A stretch of DNA of 64,000 bases from Candidatus Hydrogenedentota bacterium (GTDB lineage: Bacteria; Hydrogenedentota; Hydrogenedentia; Hydrogenedentales; SLHB01): positions 2,698-66,697 of the forward strand of contig JACRLJ010000056.1 of assembly GCA_016215105.1 (NCBI GenBank), written 5' to 3'. The position numbers were made by a program, and so were the translations under genes. The notes beneath the pieces are model-generated. The model worked only from the letters and a program-made list of their open reading frames with translations. It searched no databases and was not told the origin of the DNA. Positions 62,242 through 64,000 of this stretch are shown one piece after another (within the stretch, counting starts at the first letter, position 1; the number at the start of each line of letters is the position of its first letter).

Positions 62242-62856
62242 ATGGGAAAAGATACCGTTCATTTTAAGTGTCACCACTGTAATCATTGTTGTACAGATGT
62301 CGTATGTCTTCCCACGCCCTGGGACGTCATCCGCATCGTGCGGGATACCGGGGCTGACCCCCGCGAGTTCCTGGAGTTCATTACCCCCGACGAAATCGAG
62401 GAGGTCGCTACCAACGATCCCACGTGGTTGCGGTGCAGCGGCCAGAAGTACCTCATGGCGCTTCGGCGCGACGAAAACGGTTGCCATTTCCTCAATAAAG
62501 CTACCCGCTACTGTTCGATTTACGAGTCCCGTCCGCTGCTCTGCCGGCTCTACCCGTTCAAGCTGCTCGAAAGCCGGACCGGCGTATTCAAGGGCTTCGT
62601 CCTGCATGACAAGGTTGGGTGTCCGCGTCACCGGGATGGCGTGTATCAGACCGGACCCTTGTACCAGATTTACCGCGAGGACGATACTCACCAGGACGAC
62701 TACCACCAACTCGTCCAAGTCTTCAACCGCCAACGCCACCTCGGGAAAAAGCCCGAGGACTTCATTTCGCTGTTCATTGAAGGTCTACCCATGGCGAAGA
62801 CCCTGCCGGAATCTGAACTTCCCTCCGCGCCTGAAGCCAAGAGGGCGGCAGGTTAG
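62242..62856 (+). CDS. YkgJ-family Cys-cluster (CxxCxxCC) protein
   Basis: FKCHHCNHCCTDV plus a second Cys cluster (CHFLN...CSIYESRPLLCRLYPF), typical of the UPF0153/YkgJ family. Confidence 0.7.
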   Translation: MGKDTVHFKCHHCNHCCTDVVCLPTPWDVIRIVRDTGADPREFLEFITPDEIEEVATNDPTWLRCSGQKYLMALRRDENGCHFLNKATRYCSIYESRPLLCRLYPFKLLESRTGVFKGFVLHDKVGCPRHRDGVYQTGPLYQIYREDDTHQDDYHQLVQVFNRQRHLGKKPEDFISLFIEGLPMAKTLPESELPSAPEAKRAAG

Positions 62857-62958
62857 CTTTTTTGTCCGCAACTTCCACGTTGTTCGCGTAGATGTTGCGG
62901 ACAAAGAAGTCATACCAATGACTCTGCCGTTGCGGCCGGGCCGCCTTTGGGCTGAGCC
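62854..62958 (+). repeat. Copy C of ~100-bp stop-codon-anchored palindromic repeat
   Basis: tagCTTTTTTGTCCGCAAC...GTTGCGGACAAAGAAG. 3 mismatches over ~96 nt relative to copy B. Confidence 0.8.
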
Positions 62959-63352
62959 TGCCTCTTTGGACGACTCAACGCCGCTGCCCCGGCACGTAAG
63001 CCGTCTCGATCCTACCGCACGGGCCGGATAAGCCCAATATGCTGTGTGTATGCGAAGCTCGTCTTCTATATATTGATATGTCAGGGTCTATCTTTGGTTG
63101 ACTTCCAGACGCCTCTTTGCTATAGTACCCCCTGCAAAGAGGGAACCTTGGGAACACTCTAGCAAGCGTTGCTGTCAGCGCCATCCTGGCGAAAAGCGTA
63201 CAGTGTACGGGTTGAGGACAAACAGACAACGCCGATGACCATGGGAACGCGGCTCAGCCGCCAGGCCACACCGTTACCGACGGTGGGCCATCTAACCTCG
63301 ATGACCCAATTGCTGCGGAGGAGATACGTCTCCAATTCTTCAGGAGTCACCT

Positions 63353-64000
63353 ATGAAGAAGTGGACTGTAATGCTCATTCCCCACGACAGGGGAAATACG
63401 CGAAGCCTGCATGTGTACTCGTTTCAGGTTTGGTTTGTCGTCTGTGCGCTAACTGGACTGAGTTTCACCACCGCCTTTCTCTACCAGCGCCACGTGGTGA
63501 TCGCTCGCGAGGCCAGCGCGCTTAAACAAACCAACCGGCTGCTCGTGCAGGTTAAGGACAAGACATCCGCTCCGGCGGGGCTGTCCGACCAGGAACGGGC
63601 CGACATCGAACGTCAAATCCGGGCTGAATACGAGGCCCGTGACGCCGCAATAACTTCCGAATTGACCGACCTCTACGACGTCGAGGCCCAACTTCGGAAG
63701 ATAAATGTCCTGCCACCCCGCGCTAATTCCATCGTTGCAGGCAGTCTTGCCACCAAGAACAGTGCTTCCAAAGACGCCGAGGGCGGAAAAGGCGGTCCGG
63801 CGGGCGGTGCGCTCTCGGGGTACGTCCTCACGAATGACGCCCTGTATCGCCCTCCTCACTTGATCTACGGAATGCGCAGACCGACTGCCGATATGATCAT
63901 CCAAGAGATAAAAATGCGAAAATATAGCTTGGCTGACCTGCTCACCTCGGTACTCGCTCAACGCGACCAGTTGGCCCGCATGCCGGCCCTTTGGCCCTCG
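63353..64000 (+). CDS. membrane-anchored coiled-coil protein, probable M23/LytM peptidase N-terminal part (3' end outside window)
   Basis: Open frame with no stop to the window end. RBS CAGGAG. N-terminal TM (VWFVVCALTGLSF), coiled-coil region, then ...MPALWP resembling the start of a LytM domain. Confidence 0.45.
   Translation, partial: MKKWTVMLIPHDRGNTRSLHVYSFQVWFVVCALTGLSFTTAFLYQRHVVIAREASALKQTNRLLVQVKDKTSAPAGLSDQERADIERQIRAEYEARDAAITSELTDLYDVEAQLRKINVLPPRANSIVAGSLATKNSASKDAEGGKGGPAGGALSGYVLTNDALYRPPHLIYGMRRPTADMIIQEIKMRKYSLADLLTSVLAQRDQLARMPALWPS

Overview
High-GC (~60%) bacterial chromosomal window, probably from a Planctomycetota/PVC-like or related candidate-phylum genome. The evidence is a PEP-CTERM protein, several giant secreted repeat proteins and a full type II secretion cluster.

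Core content:
- A complete minus-strand T2SS gene set (gspE-F-G-H-I-J-K-L-M-(N/C)-D, ~25.4-38.6 kb). It includes an unusually long secretin carrying collagen-like GxP tracts, and a gspE that appears frameshifted.
- A second, partial GspE/PilB ATPase at the left edge.
- Three >1,300-aa secreted proteins (parallel beta-helix, ELWxxDGT-repeat and FG-GAP/VCBS types). All three end in the same carboxypeptidase-regulatory-like plus dockerin-like module.
- Nucleotide-sugar and nonulosonic-acid related genes: two UDP-sugar dehydrogenases, a cytidylyltransferase and a methylase.
- Two IDH/LeuB-family dehydrogenases.
- tRNA-Ala(GGC).
- Two ECF sigma/anti-sigma pairs.
- SMUG1-type UDG, KsgA, a PAS histidine kinase coupled to a SprT-like metallopeptidase, and a 7-heme c-type cytochrome lipoprotein.
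- A low-GC DUF4258/HTH toxin-antitoxin pair.
- A solo IstB-like ATPase with a membrane N-terminus.

Notable non-genic structure:
- A ~100-bp palindromic element present three times, each copy beginning with the TAG stop codon of a + strand gene.
- An AT-rich promoter-to-terminator operon of three tiny paralogous ORFs.
- Two apparent single-nt frameshifts, in gspE and in the beta-helix adhesin.

No CRISPR array, rRNA, or complete IS/prophage was recognised.
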